Shown here piece after piece: positions 45,921 to 54,372 of a DNA stretch of 64,000 bases. Each line of letters opens with the position of its first letter. The first letter of the stretch is position 1. Below the pieces are notes generated by a model, which was not told where the DNA came from, made no database searches, and saw only the letters and a list, made by a program, of their open reading frames with translations. Source of the DNA: Gemmatimonadota bacterium (GTDB lineage Bacteria > JAAXHH01); contig VXWP01000087.1 in NCBI GenBank assembly GCA_009835325.1, positions 21,231-85,230 of the forward strand. Reading direction: 5' to 3'. Made by a program: the position numbers and the translations under genes.

Positions 45921-46945
45921 GGATTCCCGCCGGTGGTTTCGTCGGTGGGGCCTGCCCGCCCTTTGTCGCTGGGGTTCGCCGACCGCGCGTCGGTGGGACC
46001 AGCCTTCGGTGCGTCGCCGCGGCCTGCCTGCCCTTTGTCGCTGGGGTGCGCCGCCCGCACGCCGGTGGGGCCTGCCTTTGGTGCGTCGCCGCGGCCGGCC
46101 CGCCGCGCCAGGTAGTCGTCCAGGGCGTCCTCCCAGGAAGGCATTTCCGCGATGCCCAGGGACCGGATCCGGTCGTTGTCCAGCACCGTGTACAGGGGCC
46201 GGGCGGCGGGTGCGCCGTATGCTTCGGTGGTCGTGGGTTTCACGGCCGCTTCGATGCCTGTCTTACTAAATATGGTCCGTGCAAAGTCATAGTAGGAACA
46301 CGCGCCGCCGTTGGTCACATGGTACGTCCCGAAGGCATCGGTGGCCACCAGTTCCGCAAGCGCGCTTGCCAAATCGGCCGTCCCCGTGGGCGACATCACC
46401 TGGTCGCTCACCACGACCACTTCCCGTCTTTCCGTGCCGGCCCGGATCATGGCCTCGACGAAATTGTATCCTTTCCCGCCCCCGCCGGAGTGGCCGAACA
46501 GGCCGGTGGTGCGGATGATGAAATGGCGGTCCCAGGTCGAACGCACCAGGTGTTCGCCGGATAGCTTGGCTGTGCCGTAGACGTTCAGGGGCAAGGGCAG
46601 GTCATCCTCCCGGTAAGGCCGGTCCGCCGTGCCGTCGAAGACGAAATTCGTACTGACGTGCACCAGTTTCGCCCCGTACATGCGGCAGGCCATGGCCAGG
46701 TGCCAAGGACCGAAGGCATTGACGGCGAAAGTCTGGTCGGGATGGGACTCGCACTCGTCGACCCGGTGGTACGCCGCGGTATTGATCACCGCATCCGGCC
46801 GGTGGTCCTTCAGCAGGCCGTAAACGCGGTGTTTCTCGGTGACGTCGAGTTCGCCGTGGGTACACGGAATCAGTTCGTGCTCCGCCAGCGATCGCTGCAG
46901 GTCCGTACCCAGTTGGCCCCGGGCCCCGGTTATGAGGATGCGCAT
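45917..46945 (-). CDS. rfbD: dTDP-4-dehydrorhamnose reductase-like NAD(P) reductase with repetitive C-terminal extension
   Basis: MRILITGARGQLGTDL...; about 60-aa tail AGRGDAPKAGPTGVRAAHPSDKGQAGRGDAPKAGPTDARSANPSDKGR. Confidence 0.8.
   Translation of the reverse strand: MRILITGARGQLGTDLQRSLAEHELIPCTHGELDVTEKHRVYGLLKDHRPDAVINTAAYHRVDECESHPDQTFAVNAFGPWHLAMACRMYGAKLVHVSTNFVFDGTADRPYREDDLPLPLNVYGTAKLSGEHLVRSTWDRHFIIRTTGLFGHSGGGGKGYNFVEAMIRAGTERREVVVVSDQVMSPTGTADLASALAELVATDAFGTYHVTNGGACSYYDFARTIFSKTGIEAAVKPTTTEAYGAPAARPLYTVLDNDRIRSLGIAEMPSWEDALDDYLARRAGRGDAPKAGPTGVRAAHPSDKGQAGRGDAPKAGPTDARSANPSDKGRAGPTDETTGGNP
45941..46102. repeat. 72-bp in-frame tandem duplication (about 2.3 copies) forming the rfbD-like tail
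   Basis: ccctttgtcgctgggg... units starting at 45959 and 46031. Confidence 0.9.
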
Positions 46946-46989
46946 CTGATCCTGTTGTTCATCTGGTCCGGGTCGTCGTCGACGGTAAC

Positions 46990-47033
46990 GGCCGGGCTAC
47001 GCGGAACCCTTGCGGCCGGGCTACGCGGAACCC
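46990..47033. repeat. 20-bp motif x2 (period 24) between alaS stop and the rfbD-like start
   Basis: ggccgggctacgcggaaccc at 46990 and 47014. Confidence 0.9.
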
Positions 47034-47078
47034 GGGCGGCCTGAGCGCCCGCAGGCGCCCTCGTCGTCGCCCCCGAGG

Positions 47079-49700
47079 TTACGCGTTCCGCAGATGTTGC
47101 TCGACGACACCCGGTGCCTGGCCCACGGCTTCGTCGATCCGGGACGCGTCCTTCCCACCTGCCTGTGCCATATGGGCCTTCCCACCTCCGCCGCCGCCGA
47201 TGAAGGCGGCCACATCCCGCGCCAACTTGCCCGCGTGGAGGCCGCGCCCGGAAATTGCGCCGTCGGTCACCACGACGATGCAGACGGGGCGTTCCTCGAA
47301 GCTGGCGAACAGCACGCCGACCGCTGCGCCGGAAAGGCGCTCGCGCAGCGTGTCTCCCATGGCGCGGAGGGTGTCCATGTCCGGGCAATCCACCCGGCCC
47401 GCGGCGACGGCGACGCCGTCCGCGTCCACGGCGCCGTCTATGAGTTCATCGGCCCAGTTCTGCGACGAGGACCGGCCCATTTCCCGGATGTGCCGTTCCA
47501 GCTCGCGGACCCGCGCAGTCAGGTCCCCGGCCCTTTTCGCCAGGTCATCCGGCTCGCTCTTGAGGGCCTCCGCGGCCCCCGCGACGAGTCCTTCGTCCCG
47601 CTTGACGGCTTCGTACGCGCCGGCGCCGGTCAGGGCCTCCACCCGCCGCACGCCGGCGGCGATGCCCGATTCACGGACTAGCCGGAACAACCCGATCTCG
47701 CCCGTGGCGCCGAGGTGGGTGCCGCCGCACAGCTCCAGGCTCACCTCGCCGATGCGCACCACGCGCACCCGGTCCTCGTACTTTTCGGTGAAAAGCGCCA
47801 TGGCGCCCTGATGCTTCGCGTCTTCCAGGTCGGTTTCGAACGGCTCGACGCGGATGTTCTCCCATACGAGCTCGTTGACCCGGCGTTCGATCGCGTTCTG
47901 TTCTTCGGGCGTGACGGCGCTGAAATGCGAGAAATCGAAACGCAACCGGTCGGGCGCGACCACGGAGCCTCGCTGTTCCACGTGGGCGCCCAGGGTCTCC
48001 CGAAGCACGGCGTGCAGGAGGTGGGTCGCCGTATGGTTCCGCATGATGGACTGCCTGCGGTCCGCGTCGACCCGCGCGGTGACGGTCATGCCGGGCTTGA
48101 GATCGGCGGCGCTGTCCGGGTCGCAGTGGTGGATGATGGTGTCGCCGTCTCGCGTGGTGTCCAGCACGGCGATCCGCCCGCCCGATTCCGTCTCAAGCCA
48201 GCCGGCGTCGCCCACCTGTCCGCCCGATTCGGCGTAGAAGGGGGTTTGGGTGAGGACGACGGCACCGCCCTCGGCCGTTACCACCTCGGCATCTTCGACG
48301 GCGAGCGTATCGTATCCGAGGAATACAGTAGGGTTTTCAACCTGAACATCAGTGGTGACTGATGGCGTGCCAGCCGTAACCCTCGCTTTGGTGGATCTTT
48401 CCCGCTGCTGCCCCATCTCCACCTCGAAGCCGGCCATATCCACTTTCATGTCCTTCTCACCGGCCATCAACTGCGTCAGATCCACGGGGAAACCGTAGGT
48501 ATCGTACAGTTTGAAGGCCTCTTCGCCCCGGATTTCATTTCGTCCTTCGGCGCCTGCCCGTTCGACGATATTCTCGAAGAGTTCGATGCCGTGATCGAGC
48601 GTGCGCCCGAAGCTCTCCTCTTCGGACCGGATCACCTTCTCCACCTTTTCCTGCGCGGCGGAGAGTTCCGGGTAGGCCGCGCCCATCTCTTCGGTGAGCG
48701 TCGGCACGAGCCGGTAGAGGAAGGGATCGGCCAGGCCGAGATTGCGGCCATACCGCGCCGCGCGGCGGAGGATGCGCCTGAGGACGTAGCCCCGTCCTTC
48801 GTTGGAAGGCTGGGCGCCGTCGGCTATGGCGAAGGCCAGGGCCCGGACGTGGTCGGCGAGCACGCGGTAGGCCACGGCCGTATCCCCTTCCGCGTAGGGA
48901 TGTTGCGACAGTTCTCCGATGTGGTCCATCAGCGGGCGAAACACGTCGGTTTCGTAGTTCGAATCCACGCCCTGGAGGATGCTGAGCATCCGTTCGAAGC
49001 CCATGCCCGTGTCGACGTGTCGGGAGGGCAGGGGCGTCAACGCGCCGTCGGCGCTCCGGTCGTACTGGATGAAGACCAGGTTCCAGATTTCCACGTATCG
49101 TGTGCAGTCTCCGTTGACCCCGCAGACGTGGCCGGGATCATCCTTCCGGCCGCACCGCTCCGGACCCAGGTCGTAGTGGATTTCCGAGTTGGGACCGCAG
49201 GGTCCGGTCTCGCCCATTTCCCAGAAGTTGTCCTTCTCGTCGAATCTCAGGACCCGGTCGCCTGCGATGCCGGTATGTTGTTTCCAGATGGACTCGGCCT
49301 CGTCATCCTCACGGAACACGGTCGCCCACAGCCGTTCGGCGGGGAGTTCCCACCGTTCCGTGAGCAGCTCCCAGGCCCATCCGATGGCTTCTTCCTTGTA
49401 GTAGTCGCCGAAGGACCAGTTCCCGAGCATTTCGAAGAAGGTCTGGTGGACGGGCGATCGGCCCACGTCCTCCAGGTCGTTGTGCTTGCCGCCGGCGCGA
49501 ATGCACTTCTGGAAATCCGTCGCGCGCACGTATTCGCGGGTGCTTTTCCCCAGGAAAACGTCCTTGAACTGGTTCATCCCCGCGTTGGTGAAGAGCAACG
49601 TGGGATCGTCCCAGGGCACGACGCTGGCGCTCGGCACGATCGAGTGATCGCGGTCGGCGAAAAAGCCGGTAAAGGACTTTCGCAGTTCGGCTCCGGTCAA
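47079..49700 (-). CDS. alaS: alanine--tRNA ligase
   Basis: 873 aa; FTNAGMNQFKDVFLG, editing-domain HTATHLL, C-terminal DHHA1-like region. Confidence 0.97.
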   Translation of the reverse strand: MTGAELRKSFTGFFADRDHSIVPSASVVPWDDPTLLFTNAGMNQFKDVFLGKSTREYVRATDFQKCIRAGGKHNDLEDVGRSPVHQTFFEMLGNWSFGDYYKEEAIGWAWELLTERWELPAERLWATVFREDDEAESIWKQHTGIAGDRVLRFDEKDNFWEMGETGPCGPNSEIHYDLGPERCGRKDDPGHVCGVNGDCTRYVEIWNLVFIQYDRSADGALTPLPSRHVDTGMGFERMLSILQGVDSNYETDVFRPLMDHIGELSQHPYAEGDTAVAYRVLADHVRALAFAIADGAQPSNEGRGYVLRRILRRAARYGRNLGLADPFLYRLVPTLTEEMGAAYPELSAAQEKVEKVIRSEEESFGRTLDHGIELFENIVERAGAEGRNEIRGEEAFKLYDTYGFPVDLTQLMAGEKDMKVDMAGFEVEMGQQRERSTKARVTAGTPSVTTDVQVENPTVFLGYDTLAVEDAEVVTAEGGAVVLTQTPFYAESGGQVGDAGWLETESGGRIAVLDTTRDGDTIIHHCDPDSAADLKPGMTVTARVDADRRQSIMRNHTATHLLHAVLRETLGAHVEQRGSVVAPDRLRFDFSHFSAVTPEEQNAIERRVNELVWENIRVEPFETDLEDAKHQGAMALFTEKYEDRVRVVRIGEVSLELCGGTHLGATGEIGLFRLVRESGIAAGVRRVEALTGAGAYEAVKRDEGLVAGAAEALKSEPDDLAKRAGDLTARVRELERHIREMGRSSSQNWADELIDGAVDADGVAVAAGRVDCPDMDTLRAMGDTLRERLSGAAVGVLFASFEERPVCIVVVTDGAISGRGLHAGKLARDVAAFIGGGGGGKAHMAQAGGKDASRIDEAVGQAPGVVEQHLRNA

Positions 49701-50353
49701 TTTCGGAACTCCTCTATCTCGTCCAGTACGCGATGGACGACCTGGTAAATGACGGCCTGCCCGAACCCCCGTCTGCCCAGGAAGGCGACCATGCGGCGGT
49801 GCGCCGCGTCGCGGTCGAGCCGGGCATATCGATGGGACTGGCGGCGCAGCACCTCGTAGGCCCGTTCGGTCTCCCCCTCGCCGGATGCACTTTCCTCGAG
49901 GGCGGTTTCGACGACTTCGGCGTCAATCCCCTTCTGACGCAACTCGCGGCGCAGCAGGGACAGGCCGGCCGGTCTTCTCCGAAGCCGTTCGTCGATCCAC
50001 AGCTGGGCGAAACGCCCGTCGTCGATCAGTCCCGCATGCTCCAGCCGGTCCAGCACCTGGTCGATCACCTCGTCCGGCCGGCCCCTGGACTTGAGCTTCA
50101 CCGCCAGCTCGCGTCGCGTACGCATGCGGTGGTCGATGAGCCGGTGGGCTTCCGTCATGGCCCGGGAGACGCCGTCGGCCAGTTCCACTTCCTGCAGCCG
50201 CTCCGGGTCCATCGCCTGTCCGTCGAAGAGTCCGAACCGGAGGAAGGTCTCTTCGGTGATCGTCAGAATGCGCTCGCCGTCGATCGTGACCTTGCGTTCC
50301 CGTCGCCCTCCGCTCCCCCGCGGCGTGATATCCGTTATGGTCGGCATGATCAT
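49697..50353 (-). CDS. recX: recombination regulator RecX
   Basis: 218 aa; helical-repeat pattern, position immediately upstream of and overlapping alaS. Confidence 0.7.
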   Translation of the reverse strand: MIMPTITDITPRGSGGRRERKVTIDGERILTITEETFLRFGLFDGQAMDPERLQEVELADGVSRAMTEAHRLIDHRMRTRRELAVKLKSRGRPDEVIDQVLDRLEHAGLIDDGRFAQLWIDERLRRRPAGLSLLRRELRQKGIDAEVVETALEESASGEGETERAYEVLRRQSHRYARLDRDAAHRRMVAFLGRRGFGQAVIYQVVHRVLDEIEEFRN

Positions 50354-50362
50354 TCCAGTTGG

Positions 50363-50917
50363 TCAATCCAGTTCGACATGATCGATGACCGTGTACAACG
50401 GCCCGTCGGGTTTCAGGTCGCTCTTCACCACGGCCGCGCGTTTCACCGTAAACGGTTCCGTCTCGAAGGCCATGTCCCCGATCAGATCCGTCAGCTTGGC
50501 CAGGCCCCGCGGCGATCGTACCCGGCCGATGGTCAGGTGCGGCGAAAAGGGCCTTTCCTCCCGAACGAAGCCGCGGGCGTGCAGTTCGTTCTCGATGCGC
50601 TGCTGCATGGCGACCAGTTCGCTCCGTCCTTCTTCGATCGAAATCCAGAAGACGCGCGGGCGGTTCATATCCGGGAACGCGCCGATGCGTCCCAGCTTCA
50701 GGTCGAAGGCGCCCGCCGAATCGAGCGCCGCGCCCAGCCCATCGCGAATGACCGCCGGCTGGTCCGTCTCGATGTTGCCGAGGAACTTCAGCGTGACGTG
50801 GATGTTGTCCGGTTCGACCCACTTGATGTCGGTGCCCGTCGACTTAAGGTGATTGATCAGTTGTGCGATCCGGTCCCTGGCGGAATCCGGGACTTCCACG
50901 GCGATGAACGTACGCAT
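50363..50917 (-). CDS. thpR: RNA 2',3'-cyclic phosphodiesterase (2H family, ThpR/LigT)
   Basis: 184 aa; MRTFIAVEVP, two HxT motifs HVTLKFLG and HLTIGR. Confidence 0.85.
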   Translation of the reverse strand: MRTFIAVEVPDSARDRIAQLINHLKSTGTDIKWVEPDNIHVTLKFLGNIETDQPAVIRDGLGAALDSAGAFDLKLGRIGAFPDMNRPRVFWISIEEGRSELVAMQQRIENELHARGFVREERPFSPHLTIGRVRSPRGLAKLTDLIGDMAFETEPFTVKRAAVVKSDLKPDGPLYTVIDHVELD

Positions 50918-50928
50918 CGAATACCTTT

Positions 50929-50968
50929 CTACGTGGCCTGTGGGTTGTCTACGTGACCTGTGGGTTGA
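50929..50968. repeat. 20-bp x2 tandem duplication (18/20) containing the cinA stop codon
   Basis: ctacgtggcctgtgggttgt (50929-48) and ctacgtgacctgtgggttga (50949-68, real stop). Confidence 0.95.
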
Positions 50969-52235
50969 GGATCCCGGGGACCCGGTTCGTGCCGGACGCG
51001 TGGGTGAGTGCCTGCCGCAGCAGGTTCAGGGCGGCCAGCGCGGCCCGGGTCTTGTTGACCTGCCGGTCCGGCCCCAGCATGAGTTTTCGCGTCTCGACAC
51101 CGTCCGCCGAGGCGAGACCCAGGTAGACCAGTCCCACCGGCTTCTCGGGCGTCCCGCCTCCGGGCCCGGCGACGCCGGTAGTGGACAGTCCGTAGGTGGC
51201 GCCGCTGGTATGCCGGATGCCCTGGGCCATGGCTGCCGCGGTTTCCTCGCTCACCGCGCCGTGGCGATCGATCGTGCTCACCGGTACTTCCAGGCGCGCC
51301 ATTTTCGCGGCGTTGCTGTAGGACACGACCCCTTCCAGCAGGTAGTCGGAACTGCCCGGCACGTCGGTCATGCGGGAGGACACGAGGCCGCCGGTGCAGG
51401 ATTCGGCGATCGCCACGGTCGCGTCCGCCTCCCGGAGCAGGCGTCCCACCACCTCTTCGAGGGTATCGTCGTCCACGCCGTAGATATGCTCGCCGGCCCG
51501 GTCGATCATCCTTGTTTCGACGGCTTCGATGCGCCGCCGGGCTTCCTCCCCGGTGCGGCCCTCGGCCGTAAGCCGCAGGTTTACCCCGGACTCCTGGGGC
51601 AGGGAGGCGATCTTGACGTCCTCGGCCGCTTCGATGACATCGCCGATGATCTGGGAGAGATTCGATTCGCCGATGCCCGTGGTGCGGATCCACCGGTGCA
51701 GGATGACCCTCCCCGCGCCCTGGTCCTTCAGCCGCGGCAGCACCTGTTCGTTCAGCATCTTCTTCATCTCGCGAGGCACGCCCGGCATGACGAACACGGC
51801 GGCGTCGTGGTGGCGTACCAGGAAGCCGGGCGCCGTCCCCACGGGATTGTCGAGCACCTCGGCGTGCCGGGGCATATAGGCCTGGATGCGGTTCGATTCC
51901 GGCATGACCATGCCCCGCTGGGTGAACATCCGCTCCACGGTCTCCATGATTTCGGGATGAAAGACCAGGTCCTGTCCAATCGCCTCGGCGATGACGGTCT
52001 TGGTCACGTCGTCGTGCGTCGGTCCGAGCCCGCCCGTGACGAGCACCACGTCTGCCTGCCGGCACACGGTTTCCAGGGCCCGGCCGATGCCTGGTCCCTC
52101 GTCGCCCACGGTCATGGAACAGACCGGCTCGATACCCGTTTCCGTCAAGCGCCGGCCGATATAGGCGGCGTTGGTATCGACCACGGAACCGTAGAGCAGT
52201 TCGTCGCCGATCGTGATGATCGCGGCGGACTTCAT
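50949..52235 (-). CDS. cinA: competence/damage-inducible protein CinA (MoCF-binding plus nicotinamide-nucleotide amidase domains)
   Basis: 428 aa; MKSAAIITIGDELLYGSVVDTNAAYIGRRL; C-terminal ESCTGGL. Confidence 0.9.
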   Translation of the reverse strand: MKSAAIITIGDELLYGSVVDTNAAYIGRRLTETGIEPVCSMTVGDEGPGIGRALETVCRQADVVLVTGGLGPTHDDVTKTVIAEAIGQDLVFHPEIMETVERMFTQRGMVMPESNRIQAYMPRHAEVLDNPVGTAPGFLVRHHDAAVFVMPGVPREMKKMLNEQVLPRLKDQGAGRVILHRWIRTTGIGESNLSQIIGDVIEAAEDVKIASLPQESGVNLRLTAEGRTGEEARRRIEAVETRMIDRAGEHIYGVDDDTLEEVVGRLLREADATVAIAESCTGGLVSSRMTDVPGSSDYLLEGVVSYSNAAKMARLEVPVSTIDRHGAVSEETAAAMAQGIRHTSGATYGLSTTGVAGPGGGTPEKPVGLVYLGLASADGVETRKLMLGPDRQVNKTRAALAALNLLRQALTHASGTNRVPGILNPQVT

Positions 52236-52687
52236 GACAAGAACCCCGTTATGATCCGCAGGAGGAGATGGGCGTAGACCGCGGCCACGACATCGTCCAT
52301 CATGACCCCCAGCCCACCGGGTAGGCGCTGCACCCGGTCGCAGGGAAAGGGTTTCCAGATATCCAGGACGCGAAACAGGACGAACCCCGCGATCACGGTC
52401 AACAGGTCGAAGGGCATGCCGGCGAAGACGATCAGGACGCCGGCGATTTCATCGATGACGATCCTGGGCCCGTCGTGGCCGAAGAGGGGTTCCGCCCGGC
52501 TTGATACCCAGACGCCGAGGACGAAAAAGAGCACGGTGACCAGCAGGTAATAGGGCAAGCTCAGCCCGAGCGGACCGGTCAGCGCCCAGACCAGCCCCAG
52601 CCCCAGAACGCTGCCCGCCGTGCCGGGCGCGTGGGGCGTGTAGCCGACATAACATCCGGTCGACAGCAAGGTGATCAAAGCGCGCAT
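52232..52687 (-). CDS. pgpA: phosphatidylglycerophosphatase A
   Basis: Start at MRALITLLSTGCYVGYTPHAPGTAGS (Met37 of track ORF); FRVLDIWKPFP, MMDDVVAAVYA. Confidence 0.8.
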   Translation of the reverse strand: MRALITLLSTGCYVGYTPHAPGTAGSVLGLGLVWALTGPLGLSLPYYLLVTVLFFVLGVWVSSRAEPLFGHDGPRIVIDEIAGVLIVFAGMPFDLLTVIAGFVLFRVLDIWKPFPCDRVQRLPGGLGVMMDDVVAAVYAHLLLRIITGFLS

Positions 52688-52689
52688 GC

Positions 52690-53274
52690 CTACCTCAGCA
52701 GACTGGTGAATATGGACCGGTTCTTGACCACGTAATCCAGGCCGGAACTGACCGTGAGCACCATGGAGACGAAGACCATGCCGTTGAGGACCCACCAGGC
52801 GATATCATCGAATTCCCCGTTCCACTGGCCGAAGGCGATCATGGTCGTCTGGACGTTGATATAGAGCAGGATGATCACGATGACCACCATCTGCGAGGCG
52901 GTCTTCCACTTGGCCACCTGGGTCGGCAGGATGAGCAGGCCACGGTACGCCGCGATACACCGCAGGCCGGTCACGATGAAGTCCCTTCCGATGATGACCA
53001 GGACCATCCACGTATAGATGTAACCGAGGGACGCGAAGCAGATCAGCGCGGTGGACGTGAGGATCTTGTCCGCGAGAGGGTCCATGAACTTGCCGAAACT
53101 GGTGATCACCCCGGTCTTGCGCGCCAGGTAGCCGTCGTAGAGGTCCGTCAGCGCCGCGATCATGAAGATGACCAGCGCGATATATCGTGTATACAATGTA
53201 TCTACCAAGAAGAAGACCATGAAGATGGGACTCAGGATGATGCGGAATATGGTCAGCTTGTTGGGCAGGTTCAT
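52690..53274 (-). CDS. pgsA: CDP-diacylglycerol--glycerol-3-phosphate 3-phosphatidyltransferase
   Basis: 194 aa; MNLPNKLTIFRI, DGYLARK...GKFMDPLADK CDP-alcohol motif. Confidence 0.9.
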   Translation of the reverse strand: MNLPNKLTIFRIILSPIFMVFFLVDTLYTRYIALVIFMIAALTDLYDGYLARKTGVITSFGKFMDPLADKILTSTALICFASLGYIYTWMVLVIIGRDFIVTGLRCIAAYRGLLILPTQVAKWKTASQMVVIVIILLYINVQTTMIAFGQWNGEFDDIAWWVLNGMVFVSMVLTVSSGLDYVVKNRSIFTSLLR

Positions 53275-53325
53275 GGCGGCAAGGGGATCGACGGTTCGGT
53301 CCGGCGGACTCGATTCGGTTCCGGG

Positions 53326-53928
53326 TTACAACTCCGTGCGGCCTTCCAGGGCGCGGGCGAGGGTCACTTCGTCGGCGTACTCCAGGTCGCCGCCCATGGG
53401 AAGACCCCTGGCGAGACGGGTAACCCGCACGCCCAGGGGCTTAATCAGGCGGCTGAGGTAGAGCGCGGTGGCTTCTCCCTCGATATTGGGATTGGTCGCG
53501 ATGATGACCTCTTCCACCGAATCGCCCATCCTGTCCACGAGCTCCCGGGCGCGTATGTCGTCCGGAGTGATGTTGTCGAGGGGCGAAAGCGCGCCGTGGA
53601 GCACGTGGTACAGGCCGCGGTATTCTCCCGTGCTTTCGAGCGTGATCACATCGCGGGGCTCTTCCACCACGCAGATGGTCTCCGGTTTACGCCGGGCGTC
53701 GTGACAGATCTCACACGTTGCGGACTCGGTGATGTTCCAGCACACGCTGCAGTACCGGACCTTCTCCTTCACCGCGCGGATGGCGTCGGACAACGAAAAG
53801 GCGCGTTCGGCGGGCCCCTTCAGTATATGGAAGGCCAGCCGCTGGGCCGTCACCCTGCCGATGTTGGGCAGGCGGCTCAACTCGTCCACCAGGATTGCCA
53901 GGGCCTCGGAACTGTATTTGCGCACCAT
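53326..53928 (-). CDS. recR: recombination protein RecR
   Basis: Start at MVRKYSSEALAILVDELSRLPNIGRVTAQRLAFHIL; C4 zinc finger CSVCWNITESATCEIC; Toprim. Confidence 0.9.
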   Translation of the reverse strand: MVRKYSSEALAILVDELSRLPNIGRVTAQRLAFHILKGPAERAFSLSDAIRAVKEKVRYCSVCWNITESATCEICHDARRKPETICVVEEPRDVITLESTGEYRGLYHVLHGALSPLDNITPDDIRARELVDRMGDSVEEVIIATNPNIEGEATALYLSRLIKPLGVRVTRLARGLPMGGDLEYADEVTLARALEGRTEL

Positions 53929-54010
53929 GGGTTTACATCCAGTACGACCGGGCAGCAAGACCGGACGGTAAGACCGGACCGGGACCGGCGAAACGTCTCG
54001 CGACGGAGTG

Positions 54011-54328
54011 TTACGGACCCAGGCCGGGGATGTTCAGTCCGCCGGTGATCTGGCCCATTTCCTGGTTCACCAGTTCCTGCGCCTTCTGCTGGCCCTGGTT
54101 GACGGCGGCCAGTATGAGATCTTCGAGCATTTCCACGTCATCGGCGTCCACCACGGCCGGATCGATCCTGATCTCCACGACGCTCAGCCTGCCGTCGACC
54201 ACCGCGGTAACCATCCCGCCGCCCGCAGTGCCTTCGACCCGCTTCCCGGCCATTTCTTCCTGTATCTGCATCATCTTCTTCTGCATCCGCTGGACGCGCT
54301 TCATCATGCCCGACATGCCCTTGGCCAT
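54011..54328 (-). CDS. ybaB: YbaB/EbfC nucleoid-associated protein
   Basis: 105 aa; [19 protein letters not shown]...[11 protein letters not shown]. Confidence 0.9.
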   Translation of the reverse strand: MAKGMSGMMKRVQRMQKKMMQIQEEMAGKRVEGTAGGGMVTAVVDGRLSVVEIRIDPAVVDADDVEMLEDLILAAVNQGQQKAQELVNQEMGQITGGLNIPGLGP

Positions 54329-54372
54329 GTTATTTTCCTTTCCTGCCCGCCTTCGCTGGCCGCGACCCGGAC

